Below are positions 13,401 through 28,400 of a DNA stretch of 64,000 bases, one piece after another. The stretch lies in NCBI RefSeq assembly GCF_009914755.1, contig NC_060938.1, one strand, 5' to 3'. The notes beneath the pieces are model-generated. The model had not been told where the DNA came from. It did not search any database and saw only the letters and a list, made by a program, of their open reading frames with translations. This DNA comes from the human T2T-CHM13v2.0 reference genome, Homo sapiens. Every line of letters begins with the position of its first letter. The first letter of the stretch is position 1. The translations under genes and the position numbers were made by a program.

Positions 13401-16400
13401 CATTCCATTCCACTCCATTCCAATCCATTACATTCCACTCGGGTTGAATCCATTCATTTCCATTCCAATCCATTCCATTCCTTTCCAATCCATTCCATTC
13501 CATTCAATTCCACTTGGATTCAATCTAGTCTTTCCATTCCATTCCGTTCTGTTCCATTCCATTCCATTGCATTAGATACCATTCCATTCCACTCGGGATG
13601 ACTCTATTCAATTCCATTTTATTCCGTTCAATTCCATTGCATTCCATTCCATTCCATTCCACTCGGGTGCATTGCATTCCATTCCATTCCATTCCATTCC
13701 AGTCGGGTGGATTCCACTCCGTTCCTTTCCATTTCATTCCATTCCATTCCACTGCATTAAATTCTAAACAACTCCGGTTGATTCCATTCCATTTCATTCC
13801 ATTCCATTTCACTCGAGTTGATTCCATTCCATTCCATTCCTTTTTATTCCATTCCATTCCGTTCCATTCCTTTCAATTCCATAACATTCCACTCAGCTTG
13901 ATTCCATACCAGTCCATTCCATTCCATTCCATGCAATTCCTTTCCACTCCACTCCACTCGGGTTGATTCCTTTCCATTCTATTCCATTCCATTCCACTCC
14001 ACTCCATTCTATTCCATTCCACTCGGGTTGATTCCATTCCATTCCATTCCAATCTATTCCATTCCATTCCATTCCATTCCATTCCATTCCATGCCATTCC
14101 AGTCCACTCCATTCCATTCCATTCCCCTCGGGTTGATTCCATTCCGTTGCATTCCAATCCATTCCATTCCATTCCATTCCATTCAATTCCATTCTATTCC
14201 ATTCCATTCCATTCCATTCTATTCCATTCGGGTTCATTCCTTTCCATTCCTTTCCTTTCCTTTCCTTCCCTTTCCATTCCATTCCATTCCATTCCTTTCC
14301 TTTCCTTCCCTTTCCATTCCATTCCATTCCATTCCATTCCATTCCATTCCATTCCATTCCACTCCATTCCATTCCATTCCACTGCTTTACATTACATTCA
14401 ATTCCACCCGGATTGATTCCGTTCCATTCCATTCCAGTTGATTCCATTGGATTCGATTCTGTTCCATTCCATTCCATTCCATTCCATTCCATTCCATTCC
14501 AGTTGATTCCATTGGATTCGATTCTGTTCCATTCCATTCCATTCCATTCCATTCCATTCCATTCCATTCCTTTCCATTCCATTCCATTCCTCTCGGGTTG
14601 ATTCCATTCCGTTCCTTTCCTTTCTATTCCTTTCCGTTCCATTCCATTCATGTTGATTCCATTCCATTCCACTCCAATCCATTCCATTCCATTCCAATCC
14701 AGTCCATTCCATTCAATTCCACTCACATTCTATCTATTCCATTCCATTTCATTCCGTTCTGTTCCATTACATTCTATTGCATTCCATACCATTCCATTCC
14801 ACTCGGGATGATTCCATTCCATTCCATTATATTTCGTTCCATTCCATTCCATTCCATTCCATTCCACTCGGGTTGATTCCATTCCTTTCCATTCCATTCC
14901 ATTCCATTCCATTCCACTCGGGTTGTTTCCATTCCATTCATTTCCATTTCATTCTATTCCATTCCATTCCATTCCATTCCATTTTATTCCATTCCATTCC
15001 ACTCCATTCCATTCCATTCCTCTCCGGTTATTCCATTCCATTCCATTCCTTTCCACTCGGGTTGTTTCCATTGCATTCCATTCCATTTTATTCCGTTCCA
15101 TTCCATTACATTACGTTCTATACCCTTCCACTCGGGTTGATTCCATACCATTCTATTTCATTCCATTTCATTCAATTCCATTAGTTTCTAATCGGGTTGA
15201 TTCCAATCCATTCCATTATATTCAAGTCCTTTCCATTCCATGCCATTCCACTCGGGTTGTTTCCATTTTGTTGTATTCCATTCCATTCCATTCCATTCCA
15301 TTCCGTTCCATTCCATTCCATTCCTTTCCATTTCATTCCATTCCATTGCATTCCATTCGTGTTGATTCCATTGCATTCCATTCCATTCCACTCCATTCCA
15401 TTCCATTTCATTCCATTCCATTTGATTCCATTCTTTCCATTCCATTCCATTCCTTTCCATTCTGTTCCATTCTACTCGGGTTCATTCCATTCCATTCCAT
15501 TTCATTCCATTCCACTTGGGTTGATTCCATTCCGTTTCTTTCCATTGCATTCCATTCCATTCCATTCAATTCCATTGCATTCAATTCCATTCCATTCCAT
15601 TCCTTTCCGTTCCATTCCGTTCGATTCCATTCCATTGCATTCCGTTCCATTCGATTCCAATCCTTTCCATTCCATTCCATTCCAGTCGGGTTGTTTCCAT
15701 TCCATTCCTTTCCATTTCATTCTATTCCATTCCATTCCATACCATTCTATTCCATTCGATTCCTCTCCATTCCATTCCATTCCTCTCTGGTTATTCCAGT
15801 CCATTGCATTCCATTCCACTCGGGTTGTTTCCATTCCATTCCATTCCATTATATTCCATTCCCTTCCGTTCCATTACATTCCATTCTATACCATTCCACT
15901 CAGATTGATTCCATACCATTCCATTCCATTCCACTCCATTAAATTCCATTCCATTCCATTCCACTCGGGTTGATTCTATTCCATTCCATTCCATTCCGTT
16001 CCATTCCATTCCATTCCGTTCCGTTCCGTTCCATTCCATTCCATTCCATTCAATTCCATTCCATTCCACTCTGGTAGATTCCTTTCCGTTCCTTTCCATT
16101 TCATTCCTTTCCATTCCATTCCATTCCATTCCATTCCACTCTGGTAGATTCCATTCCGTTCCTTTCCATTTCATTCCTTTCCATTCCATTCCATTCCATT
16201 CCATTCCATTCCATTCCAATCCATTCCATTCCAATCCACTCCGGTTGATTCCATTCCATTCCATTCCATTCCATTCCATTCCACTCGGGTTGATTCCATT
16301 CCGTTCCTTTCCATACCATTCCATTCCATCCCATTTCATTCCATTCCATTCCATTCCACTCTGGTTGATTCCATTCCGTTCCTTTCCATTCCGTTTCATT

Positions 16401-19400
16401 CCATTCCATTCCATTCCATTCCATTCCATTCCATTCCATTCCAGTCTATTCCAATCCATTCCATTCCACTCCACTCCAGTTGATTCCATTCCATTGCATT
16501 CCATTCCATTCCATTCCATTCCATTCCATTCCATTCCATTACATTTCACTCAGGGTGATTCCATTCCATTCCATTCCATTTTATTCCATACCATTCCGTT
16601 CCATTCCATTCCATTCCATTCCATACCATTCCACTCGGGTTGATTCCTTTCCATTCCATTCCATTCCATTCCATTTCATTCCATTCCATGCCATTCCACT
16701 CGGGTTGTTTCCATTTTGTTTTATTCCATTCCATTCCATTCCATTCCATTCCATTCCATTCCATTCCTTTCCATTCCATTCCATTCCATTCCATTCCATT
16801 CCATTGCATTCCATTCCACTCGGGTTATTTCCATTCCTTTCCATTAGTTTCCATTCCATTCCATTCCTTTCCATTCCATTCCATTCTATTCCTTTCCACT
16901 CAGGGTGATTCCATTCCATTCCATTCCAATGCATTCCATTCCAGTTGATACCATTGCATTGCGTTGTTTCCATTCCATTCCATTCCATTCCATTCCATTC
17001 CATACCATTCCATTCCATTCCATTCCATTCCATTCCATTCCATTCCATACCATTCCACTCGGGTTGATTCCTTTCCATTCCATTCCATTCCATTCCTTTC
17101 CATTTCATTCCATTCCATGCCATTCCACTCGGGTTGTTTCCATTTTGTTTTATTCCATTCCATTCCATTCCATTCCATTCCATTCCATTGCATTCCATTC
17201 CATTGCATTCCATTCCAATTCATTCCATTCCACTCGGGTTATTTCCATTCCTTTCCATTAGTTTCCATTGCATTCCATTCCTTTCCATTCCATTCCATTC
17301 TATTCCTTTCCACTGAGGGTGATTCCATTCCATTCCATTCCAATGCGTTCGATTCCAGTTGATACCATTGCATTGCGTTGCTTCCATTCCATTCAATTCC
17401 GTTCCATTCCACTCGGGTTCATTCCATTCCTTTCCTTTCCATTGCAATCCATTGCATTCCATTCCATTCTATTCCATTCCATTCCATTCCATTCCAATCC
17501 ATTCCATTCCATTCCATTCCATTCCATTCCATTCCATTCCATTCCGTTCGTGTTGATTCCATTAAATTCCACTCCAATCCATTCCATTCCATTCCAATCC
17601 ATTCCATTCCATTCAATTCCACTCGCATTCAATCTATTCCATTCCATTTCATTCCGTTCTGTTCCATTCCATTCTATTGGATTCCATACCATTCCATTCC
17701 ACTCGGGATGATTCCATTCCATTCCATTATATTCCGTTCGATTCCATTCCATTCCATTCCACTCGGGTTTATTCCATTCCATTCCATTCCATTCCACTCG
17801 GGTAGTTTCCATTCCATTCCTTTCCATTTCATTCTATTCCATTCCATTCCATACCATTCTATTCCATTCGATTCCACTCCATTCCATTCCATTCCTCTCC
17901 GGTTATTCCATTCCATTGCATTCCATTCCTCTCGGGTTGTTTCCATTCCATTCCATTCCATTTTATTCCATGCATTCGGTTCCATTACATTCCATTCGAT
18001 ACCATTCCACTTGGATCGATTCCGTACCATTCTATTCCATTCCACTCCATTAAATTCCATTCCATTCCATTCCATTCGGGTAGATTCCATTCCATTCCAT
18101 TCCATTCCATTCCATTCCGTTCCGTTCCATTCCATTCCATTCCATTCCATTCCATTCCATTCCATTCCATTCCATTCCATACCATTCTATTCCACTCTGG
18201 TTGATTCCATTACATTCCTTTCCATTCCATTCCATTCCATTCCAATCCATTCCATTCCAATCCACTCCGGTTGATTCCATTCCATTCCATCCCATTCCAT
18301 TCCATTCCATTCCATTCCACGTGGGTTTATTCCATTCCATTCCATTCCATTTTATTCCATTCCATTCCGTTCCATTCCATTCCAATCCATACCATTCCAC
18401 TCGGGTTGATTCCATACCATTCCATTCCATTCCACTCGGGTTGATTCCTTTCCATTCCATTCCATTCCACTCCATTCCATTCCATTCCTTTCCACTCGGG
18501 TTCATTCCATTGCATTCCATTCCACTCCACTCTGGTTGATTCCATTCCATTCCATTCCATTCCATTCCATTCCATTCCATTCCATTCCATTCCATTGCAT
18601 TCCATTCCATTGCATTCCTTTCCATTCCATTCCACTCGTGTTGATTCCCTTCCATTCCATTCCATTCCATTCCACTTGGGTTGATTCCATTCCGTTCCTT
18701 TCCATTTCATTTCATACTATTCCATTCCATTCCATTCCATTCTGTTCCATTCCATTTGTGTTGATTCCATTCCATTCCATTCCACTCCATTCCAATCCAT
18801 TACATTCCACTCGGGTTGAGTCCATTCATTTCCATTCCAATCCATTCCATTCCTTTCCAATCCATTCCATTCCATTCAATTCCACTTGGATTCAATCTAG
18901 TCTTTCCATTCCATTGCGTTCTGTTCCATTCCATTCCATTGCATTGGATACCATTCCATTCCACTCGGGATGACTCTATTCAATTCCATTATATTCCGTT
19001 TAATTCCATTGCATTCCATTCCATTCCATTCCACTCGGGTGGATTGCATTCCATTCCATTCCATTCCATTCCAGTCGGGTGGATTCCACTCCGTTCCTTT
19101 CCATTTCATTCCATTCCATTCCACTGCATTAAATTCCACACAACTCCGGTTGATTCCATTCCATTTCATTCCATTCCATTTCACTCGAGTTGATTCCATT
19201 CCATTCCATTCCTTTTTATTCCATTCCATTCCGTTCCATTCCTTTCAATTCCATAACATTCCACTCAGCTTGATTCCATACCAGTCCATTCCATTCCATT
19301 CCATGCAATTCCTTTCCATTCCACTCCACTCGGGTTGATTCCTTTCCATTCCATTCCATTCCATTCCACTCCACTCCATTCTATTCCATTCCACTCGGGT

Positions 19401-22400
19401 TGATTCCATTCCATTCCATTCCAATCCATTCCATTCCATTCCATTCCATTCCATTCCATTCCATGCCATTCCAGTCCACTCCATTCCATTCCATTCCCCT
19501 CGGGTTGATTCCATTCCGTTGCATTCCAATCCATTCCATTCCATTCCATTCCATTCCATTCCATTCAATTCCATTCTATTCCATTCCATTCCATTCCATT
19601 CTATTCCATTCGGGTTCATTCCTTTCCATTCCATTCCTTTCCTTTCCTTCCCTTTCCATTCCATTCCATTCCATTCCTTTCCTTTCATTCCCTTTCCATT
19701 CCATTCCATTCCATTCCATTCCATTCCATTCCATTCCATTGCATTCCATTCCATTCCATTCCATTCCATTCCATTCCATTCCATTCCACTCCATTCCATT
19801 CCATTCCACTGCATTACATTACATTCAATTCCACCCGGATTGATTCCATTCCATTCCATTCCAGTTGATTCCATTGGATTCGATTCTGTTCCATTCCATT
19901 CCATTCCATTCCATTCCATTCCATTCCATTCCTCTCGGGTTGATTCCATTCCGTTCCTTTCCTTTCTATTCCTTTCCGTTCCATTCCATTCCATTCCATT
20001 CCATTCCATTCCATTCCATTCCATTCCACTGCATTCCATTCCATTCCACTGCCTTACTTTACATTCAATTCCACCCGGATTGATTCCATTCCATTCCACT
20101 CCAGTTGATTCCATTGGATTTGATTCTGTTCCATTCCATTCCATTCCATTCGATTCCATTCCATTCCATTCCTCTCGGGTTGATTCCATTCCGTTCCTTT
20201 CCTTTCTATTCCTTTCCGTTCCATTCCATTCGTGTTGATTCCATTCCATTCCACTCCAATCCATTCCATTCCATTCCAATCCATTCCATTCCATTCAATT
20301 CCACTCACATTCTATCTATTCCATTCCATTTCATTCCGTTCTGTTCCATTCCATTCTATTGCATTCCATACCATTCCATTCCACTCGGGACGATTCCATT
20401 CCATTCCATTATATTCCGTTCCATTCCATTCCATTCCATTGCACTCGGGTTGATTCCATTCCTTTCCATTCCATTCCATTCCATTCCATTCCATTCCATT
20501 CCATTCCACTCGGGTTGTTTCCATTCCATTCATTTCCATTTCATTCTATTCCATTCCATTCCATTCCATTCCATTCCATTCCATTCCATTCTATTCCATT
20601 CCATTCCACTCCATTCCATTCCATTCCTCTCCGGTTATTCCATTCCATTCCATTCCTTTCAACTCGGGTTGTTTCCATTGCATTCCATTCCATTTTATTC
20701 CGTTCCATTCCATTACATTACGTTCTATACCCTTCCACTCGGGTTGATTCCATACCATTCTATTTCATTCCATTTCATTCAATTCCATTAGTTTCTAATC
20801 GGGTTGATTCCAATCCATTCCATTATATTCAAGTCCTTTCTATTCCATGCCATTTCACTCGGGTTGTTTCCATTTTGTTGTATTCCATTCCATTCCATTC
20901 CATTCCATTCCGTTCCATTCCATTCCATTCCTTTCCATTGCATTCCATTCCATTGCATTCCATTCGTGTTGATTCCATTGCATTCCATTCCATTCCACTC
21001 CATTCCATTCCATTCCATTTCATTCCATTCCATTTGATTCCATTCTTTCCATTCCATTCCATTCCTTTCCATTCTGTTCCATTCTACTCGGGTTCATTCC
21101 ATTCCATTCCATTTCATTCCATTCCACTTGGGTTGATTCCATTCCGTTTCTTTCCATTGCATTCCATTCCATTCCATTCCGTTGCATTCAATTCCATTCC
21201 ATTCCATTCCTTTCCGTTCCATTCCGTTCGATTCCATTCCATTGCATTCCGTTCCATTCCATTCCAATCCTTTCCATTCCATTCCATTCCACTCGGGTTG
21301 TTTCCATTCCATTCCTTTCCATTTCATTCTATTGCATTCCATTCCATACCATTCTATTCCATTCGATTCCTCTCCATTCCATTCCATTCCTCTCCGGTTA
21401 TTCCAGTCCATTGCATTCCATTCCACTCGGGTTGTTTCCATTCCATTCCATTCCATTATATTCCATTCCCTTCCGTTCCATTACATTCCATTCTATACCA
21501 TTCCACTCAGATTGATTCCATACCATTCCATTCCATTCCACTCCATTAAATTCCATTCCATTCCATTCCACTCGGGTTGATTCTATTCCATTCCATTCCA
21601 TTCCGTTCCATTCCATTCCATTCCATTCCGTTCCATTCCATTCCATTCCATTCCATTCCATTCCACTCTGGTAGATTCCATTCCGTTCCTTTCCATTTCA
21701 TTCCATTCCATTCCATTCCATTCCATTCCATTCCATTCCATTCCATTCCATTCCACTCTGGTAGATTCCATTCCGTTCCTTTCCATTTCATTCCTTTCCA
21801 TTCCATTCCATTCCATTCCATTCCATTCCATTCCATTCCACTCGGGTTGATTCCATTCCATTCCGTTCCATGTCATTCCATTCCATTCCATTCCATTCCA
21901 TTCCAATCCATTCCATTCCACTCCACTCCGGTTGATTCCATTCCATTCCATTCCATTCATTCCATTACATTCCATTACACTCGGGTGGATTCCATTCCAT
22001 TCCATTCCATTTTATTCCATTCCATTCCGTTCCATTCCATTCCACTCCATTCCATACCATTCCACTCGGGTTGATTCCATACCATTCCGTTCCATTCCAC
22101 TCGGCTTGATTCCTTTCCATTCCATTCCATTCCACTCCATTCCATTCCATTCCATTCCACTCCATTCCATTCCATTCCATTCCACTCCAATCCATTCCAT
22201 TCCTTTCCACTCGGGTTGATTGCATTCCATTCCATTCCACTGCACTCGGGTTGATTCCATTCCATTCCATTCCATTCCATTCCATTCCATTCCATTCCAT
22301 TCAATTGAATTCCATTCCATTCCATTCCATTCCATTCCATTCCATTGAATTCCATTCCACTCCAATCCATTCCATTCCTTTCCACTCGGGTTGATTGCAT

Positions 22401-22440
22401 TCCATTCCATTCCACTCCACTCGGGTTGATTCCATTCCAT
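10440..22440 (+). repeat. ~12.0-kb higher-order repeat, copy 1 (complete)
   Basis: Identical ORF translations at offsets 11988-12008, e.g. 13893..14726 = 25881..26714, 14923..15942 = 26911..27930, 18536..18973 = 30534..30971. Confidence 0.95.
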
Positions 22441-25400
22441 TCCATTCCATTCCATTCCTCTCCGGTTATTCCATTCCATTGCATTCCATTCCACTCGGGT
22501 TGTTTCTATTCCATTCCATTCCATTTTGTTCCATTCCATTCCGTTCCATCACATTCCATTCGATACCATTCCACTCGGATTGATTCCATACCATTCTATT
22601 CCATTCCACTCCATTAAATTCCATTCCATTCCATTCCACTCGGGTAGATTCCATCCCATTCCATTCCATTCCATTCCATTCCATTCCATTCCAATACATT
22701 CCACTCCACTCCGGTTGATTCCATTCCATTCCATTCCATTCCGTTCCATTCCATTCCATTCCATTCCATTCCATTCCATTCCACTCGGGTTGCTTCCATT
22801 CCATTCCATTCCATTTTATTCCATCCCATTCCGTTCCATTCCATTCCATTCCATACCATTCCACTCGGGTTGATTCCATACCATTCCATTCCATTGCACT
22901 CGGTTTGATAACTTTCCATTCCATTCCATTCCATTCCATTGCATTCCATTCCATTCCACTGCATTCCAGTCCATTCCATTCCACTTGGGTTGATTCCATT
23001 CCGTTCCTTTCCATTCCATTCCATTCCATCCCATTCCATTCCATTCCATTCCATTCCATTCCATTCCATTCCACTCTGGTTGATTCCATTCCATTCCTTT
23101 CCATTCCATTTCATTCCATTCCATTCCATTCCATTCCATTCCATTCCATTCCAGTCTATTCCAATCCATTCCATTCCACTCCACTCCGGTTGATTCCATT
23201 CCATTCCATTCCATTCCATTCCATTCCATTCCATTCCATTCCATTCCATTTCACTCAGGGTGATTCCATTCCATTCCATTCCATTTTATTCCATACCATT
23301 CCGTTCCATTCCATTCCATTCCATTCCATACCATTCCACTCGGGTTGATTCCTTTCCATTCCATTCCATTCCATTCCTTTTCATTCCATTCCATGCCATT
23401 CCACTTGGGTTGTTTCCATTTTGTTTTATTCCATTCCATTCCATTCCATTCCTTTCCATTCCATTCCATTCCATTCCATTGCATTCCATTACATTGCATT
23501 CCATTCCACTCGGGTTATTTCCATTCCTTTCCATTAGTTTCCATTCCATTCCATTCCTTTCCATTCCATTCCATTCTATTCCTTTCCACTCAGGGTGATT
23601 CCATTCCATTCCATTCCATTGCATTCCATTCCAGTTGATACCATTGCATTGCGTTGTTTCCATTCCATTCCATTCCATTCCATTCCATTCCATTCCATGC
23701 CATTCCCTTCCATTCCATTCCATTCCATTACATTCCATACCATTCCACTCGGGTTGATTCCTTTCCATTCCATTCCATTCCATTCCTTTCCATTTCATTC
23801 CATTGCATGCCATTCCAATTCATTCCATTCCACCCGGGTTATTTCCATTCCTTTCCATTAGTTTCCATTGCATTCCATTCCTTTCCATTCCATTCCATTC
23901 TATTCCTTTCCACTGAGGGTGATTCCATTCCATTCCATTCCAATGCATTCGATTCCAGTTGATACCATTGCATTGCGTTGCTTCCATTCCATTCAATTCT
24001 GCTCCATTCCACTCGGGTTCATTCCATTCCTTTCCTTTCCATTGCAATCCATTGCATTCCATTCCATTCTATTCCATTCCATTCCATTCCATTCCAATCC
24101 ATTCCATTCCATTCCATTCCATTCCATTCCATTCCATTCCATTCCATTCCTTTCCATTCCGTTCGTGTTGATTCCATTCCATTCCACTCCAATCCATTCC
24201 ATTCCATTCCAATCCATTCCATTCCATTCAATTCCACTCGCATTCAATCTATTCCATTCCATTTCATTCCGTTCTGTTCCATTCCATTCTATTGGATTCC
24301 ATACCATTCCATTCCACTCGGGATGATTCCATTCCATTCCATTATATTCCGTTCGATTCTATTCCATTCCATTCCACTCGGGTTTATTCCATTCCATTCC
24401 ATTCCATTCCACTCGGGTAGTTTCCATTCCATTCCTTTCCATTTCATTCTATTCCATTCCATTCCATACCATTCTATTCCATTCGATTCCACTCCATTCC
24501 ATTCCATTCCTCTCCGGTTATTCCATTCCATTGCATTCCATTCCTCTCGGGTTGTTTCCATTCCATTCCATTCCATTTTATTCCATGCCATTCGGTTCCA
24601 TTACATTCCATTCGATACCATTCCACTCGGATCGATTCCGTACCATTCTATTCCATTCCACTCCATTAAATTCCATTCCATTCCATTCCATTCGGGTAGA
24701 TTCCATTCCATTCCATTCCATTCCGTTCGGTTCCATTCCATTCCATTCCATTCCATTCCATTCCATTCCATTCCATACCATTCTATTCCACTCTGGTTGA
24801 TTCCATTCCATTCCTTTCCATTTCATTCCATTCCATTCCATTCCATTCCAATCCATTCCATTGCAATCCACTCTGGTTGATTCCATTCCATTCCATCCCA
24901 TTCCATTCCATTCCATTCCATTCCATTCCACGCGGGTTTATTCCATTCCATTCCATTCCATTTTATTCCATTCCATTCCGTTCCATTCCATTCCAATCCA
25001 TACCATTCCACTCGGGTTGATTCCATACCATTCCATTCCTTTCCACTCGGGTTGATTCCTTTCCATTCCATTCCATTCCACTCCATTCCATTCCATTCCT
25101 TTCCACTCGGGTTCATTCTATTGCATTCCATTCCACTCCACTCTGGTTGATTTCATTCCATTCCATTCCATTCCATTCCATTCCATTCCACTCCATTCCA
25201 TTCCATTCCATTGCATTCTATTCCATTGCATTCCTTTCCATTCCATTCCACTCGTGTTGATTCCCTTCCATTCCATTCCATTCCATTCCACTTGGGTTGA
25301 TTCCATTCCGTTCCTTTCCATTTCATTTCATACCATTCCATTCCATTCCATTCCATTCTGTTCCATTCCGTTTGTGTTGATTCCATTCCATTCCATTCCA

Positions 25401-28400
25401 CTCCATTCCAATCCATTACATTCCACTCGGGTTGAATCCATTCATTTCCATTCCAATCCATTCCATTCCTTTCCAATCCATTCCATTCCATTCAATTCCA
25501 CTTGGATTCAATCTAGTCTTTCCATTCCATTCCGTTCTGTTCCATTCCATTCCATTGCATTAGATACCATTCCATTCCACTCGGGATGACTCTATTCAAT
25601 TCCATTTTATTCCGTTCAATTCCATTGCATTCCATTCCATTCCATTCCACTCGGGTGCATTGCATTCCATTCCATTCCATTCCATTCCAGTCGGGTGGAT
25701 TCCACTCCGTTCCTTTCCATTTCATTCCATTCCATTCCACTGCATTAAATTCTAAACAACTCCGGTTGATTCCATTCCATTTCATTCCATTCCATTTCAC
25801 TCGAGTTGATTCCATTCCATTCCATTCCTTTTTATTCCATTCCATTCCGTTCCATTCCTTTCAATTCCATAACATTCCACTCAGCTTGATTCCATACCAG
25901 TCCATTCCATTCCATTCCATGCAATTCCTTTCCACTCCACTCCACTCGGGTTGATTCCTTTCCATTCTATTCCATTCCATTCCACTCCACTCCATTCTAT
26001 TCCATTCCACTCGGGTTGATTCCATTCCATTCCATTCCAATCTATTCCATTCCATTCCATTCCATTCCATTCCATTCCATGCCATTCCAGTCCACTCCAT
26101 TCCATTCCATTCCCCTCGGGTTGATTCCATTCCGTTGCATTCCAATCCATTCCATTCCATTCCATTCCATTCAATTCCATTCTATTCCATTCCATTCCAT
26201 TCCATTCTATTCCATTCGGGTTCATTCCTTTCCATTCCTTTCCTTTCCTTTCCTTCCCTTTCCATTCCATTCCATTCCATTCCTTTCCTTTCCTTCCCTT
26301 TCCATTCCATTCCATTCCATTCCATTCCATTCCATTCCATTCCATTCCACTCCATTCCATTCCATTCCACTGCTTTACATTACATTCAATTCCACCCGGA
26401 TTGATTCCGTTCCATTCCATTCCAGTTGATTCCATTGGATTCGATTCTGTTCCATTCCATTCCATTCCATTCCATTCCATTCCATTCCAGTTGATTCCAT
26501 TGGATTCGATTCTGTTCCATTCCATTCCATTCCATTCCATTCCATTCCATTCCATTCCTTTCCATTCCATTCCATTCCTCTCGGGTTGATTCCATTCCGT
26601 TCCTTTCCTTTCTATTCCTTTCCGTTCCATTCCATTCATGTTGATTCCATTCCATTCCACTCCAATCCATTCCATTCCATTCCAATCCAGTCCATTCCAT
26701 TCAATTCCACTCACATTCTATCTATTCCATTCCATTTCATTCCGTTCTGTTCCATTACATTCTATTGCATTCCATACCATTCCATTCCACTCGGGATGAT
26801 TCCATTCCATTCCATTATATTTCGTTCCATTCCATTCCATTCCATTCCATTCCACTCGGGTTGATTCCATTCCTTTCCATTCCATTCCATTCCATTCCAT
26901 TCCACTCGGGTTGTTTCCATTCCATTCATTTCCATTTCATTCTATTCCATTCCATTCCATTCCATTCCATTTTATTCCATTCCATTCCACTCCATTCCAT
27001 TCCATTCCTCTCCGGTTATTCCATTCCATTCCATTCCTTTCCACTCGGGTTGTTTCCATTGCATTCCATTCCATTTTATTCCGTTCCATTCCATTACATT
27101 ACGTTCTATACCCTTCCACTCGGGTTGATTCCATACCATTCTATTTCATTCCATTTCATTCAATTCCATTAGTTTCTAATCGGGTTGATTCCAATCCATT
27201 CCATTATATTCAAGTCCTTTCCATTCCATGCCATTCCACTCGGGTTGTTTCCATTTTGTTGTATTCCATTCCATTCCATTCCATTCCATTCCGTTCCATT
27301 CCATTCCATTCCTTTCCATTTCATTCCATTCCATTGCATTCCATTCGTGTTGATTCCATTGCATTCCATTCCATTCCACTCCATTCCATTCCATTTCATT
27401 CCATTCCATTTGATTCCATTCTTTCCATTCCATTCCATTCCTTTCCATTCTGTTCCATTCTACTCGGGTTCATTCCATTCCATTCCATTTCATTCCATTC
27501 CACTTGGGTTGATTCCATTCCGTTTCTTTCCATTGCATTCCATTCCATTCCATTCAATTCCATTGCATTCAATTCCATTCCATTCCATTCCTTTCCGTTC
27601 CATTCCGTTCGATTCCATTCCATTGCATTCCGTTCCATTCGATTCCAATCCTTTCCATTCCATTCCATTCCAGTCGGGTTGTTTCCATTCCATTCCTTTC
27701 CATTTCATTCTATTCCATTCCATTCCATACCATTCTATTCCATTCGATTCCTCTCCATTCCATTCCATTCCTCTCTGGTTATTCCAGTCCATTGCATTCC
27801 ATTCCACTCGGGTTGTTTCCATTCCATTCCATTCCATTATATTCCATTCCCTTCCGTTCCATTACATTCCATTCTATACCATTCCACTCAGATTGATTCC
27901 ATACCATTCCATTCCATTCCACTCCATTAAATTCCATTCCATTCCATTCCACTCGGGTTGATTCTATTCCATTCCATTCCATTCCGTTCCATTCCATTCC
28001 ATTCCGTTCCGTTCCGTTCCATTCCATTCCATTCCATTCAATTCCATTCCATTCCACTCTGGTAGATTCCTTTCCGTTCCTTTCCATTTCATTCCTTTCC
28101 ATTCCATTCCATTCCATTCCATTCCACTCTGGTAGATTCCATTCCGTTCCTTTCCATTTCATTCCTTTCCATTCCATTCCATTCCATTCCATTCCATTCC
28201 ATTCCAATCCATTCCATTCCAATCCACTCCGGTTGATTCCATTCCATTCCATTCCATTCCATTCCATTCCATTCCACTCGGGTTGATTCCATTCCGTTCC
28301 TTTCCATACCATTCCATTCCATCCCATTTCATTCCATTCCATTCCATTCCATTCCATTCCACTCTGGTTGATTCCATTCCGTTCCTTTCCATTCCGTTTC

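Noticed and set aside
18317-18324. E-box palindrome CCACGTGG (also ~30315; ACACGTGT at ~34092 and ~40493) and CTCGAG palindromes
   Set aside because: They are explained as one- or two-base variants of the decamer (e.g. CACGCG>CACGTG) and have no promoter context.
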